A DNA stretch of 63,238 nt, filler included, from Cercozoa sp. M6MM (taxonomy: Eukaryota; Protista; Endomyxa: Ascetosporea), in the NCBI GenBank assembly GCA_040357565.1. It is 11 parts of 11 records of this genome, joined end to end, with 100 filler letters (N's around TTAATTAATTAA, not from the genome) between each part and the next. Parts side by side here need not be neighbours in the genome. Positions count along the whole stretch, not along the records: positions 44,696 to 61,023 come from JBDODJ010000290.1; positions 61,124 to 63,238 come from JBDODJ010001843.1; 9 more parts are not named here. One strand, 5' to 3'. Both the position numbers and the translations under genes were made by a program. Under the pieces are notes generated by a model that did no database searches, was not told where the DNA came from, and saw only the letters and a program-made list of their open reading frames with translations. Of the stretch, positions 58,531-63,238 are shown in pieces; position 1 is the first letter of the stretch; every line of letters begins with the position of its first letter.

Positions 58531-60945
58531 AAGCACGCATTCCCTTTTGACCCACGCCGGTACCCCCTCCCCAGACTGCACTGAACAGTATCGATGGTGC
58601 TATGTCGGTGAACGATACGACTCCGTGTGCTTTCTGTCCCAGCAACGGTACTTCAGCCTATGTTCGCGTATCTTAGTGACTATGTACTCTGTACTGTTAT
58701 AGGCTGCGTGCCTCTGTCGGACTCGAGTGTAACACCGCAGTGTCTGCGTATCGACACGGCGGCGTTGCTGCAGCGGCGTCAGATGAATCTCGATGCCATC
58801 AAGGCTTCCGTGCAGGCAGGTAGGTCTTTGAATGAGGGATGGGACGGAAGCTGCACAGAGACGCACATATTTCCTACTGTGTGATAGACGTACTGGCGCA
58901 GCAAGGTCTCACTGTGGCGCAGTTTATCGACCTCGAAATCAATCGGCGCGGTGGTCTGCTAAACGACGCCGAGATCCTCTCGCTGGCACCGCCGTGTGAC
59001 CACTCGTACCTCCATGTCTCTCTCGCTCTCTGTGTACCCTGTTTCACTTTCTCGTTCGCACAGTACGGTCTCAGCGGAGGTTCGAGAGGCGCGTGCGTGC
59101 TTTGAGGTGTGATACACCTTTTTTCTCCTGAGTCACTACCCCCCCCCCCCCTGTCGTAGACACGTGTGTGCGGTGAGTGCGACGGTGCGTGTCAGTGGTG
59201 CGACGACGTGCCTGTGGTCACTTTCAGTAGTCCCGTGGACCCAAACCTCAACACAGCACTCAACCAGTCGGTGTGCACGCGGAGGGGTGCCACGTGCCAA
59301 CCCGTAGCCAACTGCACCGCCACCGGAGTGCTGCTAGCGATGCCCGACGTGCGGTGCGACGACTTTCACGACGACATCGCGCAGTGCTTGGCCACGTCGT
59401 CGCGCTGCTTCTTCTGCGCGGCACGCGACCTCTCAGTGCAAGCACAGGACCCGGTAATACCCTCAGTCTACACCCTGTGTACCCTGTCTGTCCTATGTAT
59501 GCCCTTGTCCACACAGGCCACGATACGAGGCAGGTGTCTCGAGCTACCGACGGCTCCTGTGTCGGCCACTGCTGAATGTCGCCCAGTGTTTGACGTGTGT
59601 CAGGTATGTACTTTGTCTGCCCTATTGTACAACCTTTGGTACGCAATGTGCAATAGCCACCTGTCTACGTGTGTTCAAGTAGGCACAGTTCGGTGACTGC
59701 AGCAGTGTTGGCGATTGCCGCTCCTGCATCCAGGTGTCTCCGTCTTTCTCTCTCTGCTTCCCTCCCATTGTGTTTAAGGTACCCCTCTGCCTCTCACAGG
59801 GGCTGAGAGGCGACACATGTGTCTGGTTCGAGTCGGCCAAAACCTGCGTTCACAATGACGACATCAACACCATGTAGGACCACCGCTCGAGTGTCAGTCA
59901 ATGCGCGAATCAGCGTGCACACTTGTAGGATGGAGATTGAGCGACAGTTCCCCAATAGCGTTACCTCATCTAGGTACCTTCCTGTCTCTTTGTAACGTAC
60001 GTGTGCACATGTACCCACTTCCTTGTGTCCTACCAGCTGTCCTCTGGGTGACTGTGGCGACGCCGACAGCTGCGCCGAGTGTCTCGGTGCACCTGTCGCC
60101 GGCAGTCGGTGCCAGTGGTGCCGCGTGTCCCCCACCGACACCAACGTCGTTCTCAACGGCAACGCCGACGGCAGCGGCGGCAGTGATGGTGCGCAGTACG
60201 CCTGTCTCCCTGACTCACCCTCCATGGTATCCCTACGTACCCTATGCACTCATTGGCTGCTGACCCCTTCCTTCTTTGCCCCTAGGACGCGTCCAGTCGT
60301 TGTTTTGCCAAAGTGGAGACTTGCGGAGACGTCGACTGTGCCAACGTATCTTCCACCTTGCAGGTGTATATGTTTGTATGTGGGTGGTCGATACTACCAA
60401 ATGGTTACTCTAGATACGCCTGCGACCACCCTTCAGCGACGCTGACGTTATCGCGAGCTGCGCCGACGCACCTGAGTGCAAGCTGGGTGAGTCAGTCGGC
60501 AGATGTGCCATGTGTGACCCATGTGTGCACGTGTGACCCCCCGTAGGTGACGGTGTCTGCAAGAGTGTCAACTCGAGCGGCGCCGACCTAAGCGACACCG
60601 TCTCGCAGGCGCGTCTGCTGTGCGCTAATCGCGGCACGTGCGCCAACTGCTTCGCACTCAACGTCAACACGTCGAGTACGCTGAACCTGCGCTGCACCTG
60701 GTGCGTTGGTCCACTGTCCGCCAATCCGGTCGACGAAGGCGTGTGTCGACCTGTCTCCATGGTAGGCACTTCCCTAAACATTTGACGCGTACACACGGAC
60801 GGTTTATATGTATGGTACGGAGTGCACAGTGTCCGGACTCGTTTTCGCCGACGGTGTCGTGCTCGGACGCGAGACTCCGCCGGTCGCTCGGCTACTGCGA
60901 GGTCAACACGAACTGCCGCACCTGTCTCTCTGCCTCCAATGGCAG
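54821..60945 (+). CDS. Large secreted/surface Cys-rich protein with many PSI-like repeats (3'-truncated)
   Basis: Signal peptide MWSTALLLVLLTSTARA; repeated CxxC(x4-12)CxWC(x4-8)C units (CDTCLTNPGECTWC, CEACVQDRCTWC, CQRCQQISGDRCQWC, CAECLG..CQWC). Confidence 0.8.
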
Positions 60946-60986
60946 GTACTTCCTTGTGAAAACCATTCTGTTCGTATGCCTGTGTG

Positions 60987-61023
<37 letters not shown>

Positions 61024-61123
61024 NNNNNNNNNNNNNNNNNNNNNNNNNNNNNNNNNNNNNNNNNNNNTTAATTAATTAANNNNNNNNNNNNNNNNNNNNN
61101 NNNNNNNNNNNNNNNNNNNNNNN

Positions 61124-63238
<2,115 letters not shown>

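Overview
Eukaryotic (protist-like, possibly SAR; inference) nuclear DNA. It is GC-rich, gene-dense and intron-dense, with introns of about 50-100 nt that are often filled with simple repeats. The window is not one locus: about 11 contigs are joined by artificial N-TTAATTAATTAA-N linkers. The standard genetic code fits all genes I could reconstruct. Recognisable genes: EEP/DNase I-like protein, vWA protein, ARF GTPase, VPS9 GEF fragment, BAR-PH protein, UAP56/DDX39, SAM-PH protein, CPS C-terminus, FANCJ/RTEL1-like helicase, CSN5, MTHFR, TTC7-like TPR protein, GH31, PRP16, EF-hand protein, class I GATase, malonyl-CoA decarboxylase, kinesin-1, a PSI-repeat surface protein and a diflavin-type reductase. 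Four signals stand out: (1) a receptor apparently fusing Venus-flytrap, sushi, MHYT-like membrane and RGS domains; (2) two unannotated families of dispersed non-coding elements at gene 3' ends, one always in sense orientation just after the stop codon; (3) 5' splice sites that mostly lack the near-universal +5 G; (4) introns built from tandem repeats, often of branch-point-like units. All gene models were assembled by eye, so exon boundaries are approximate.
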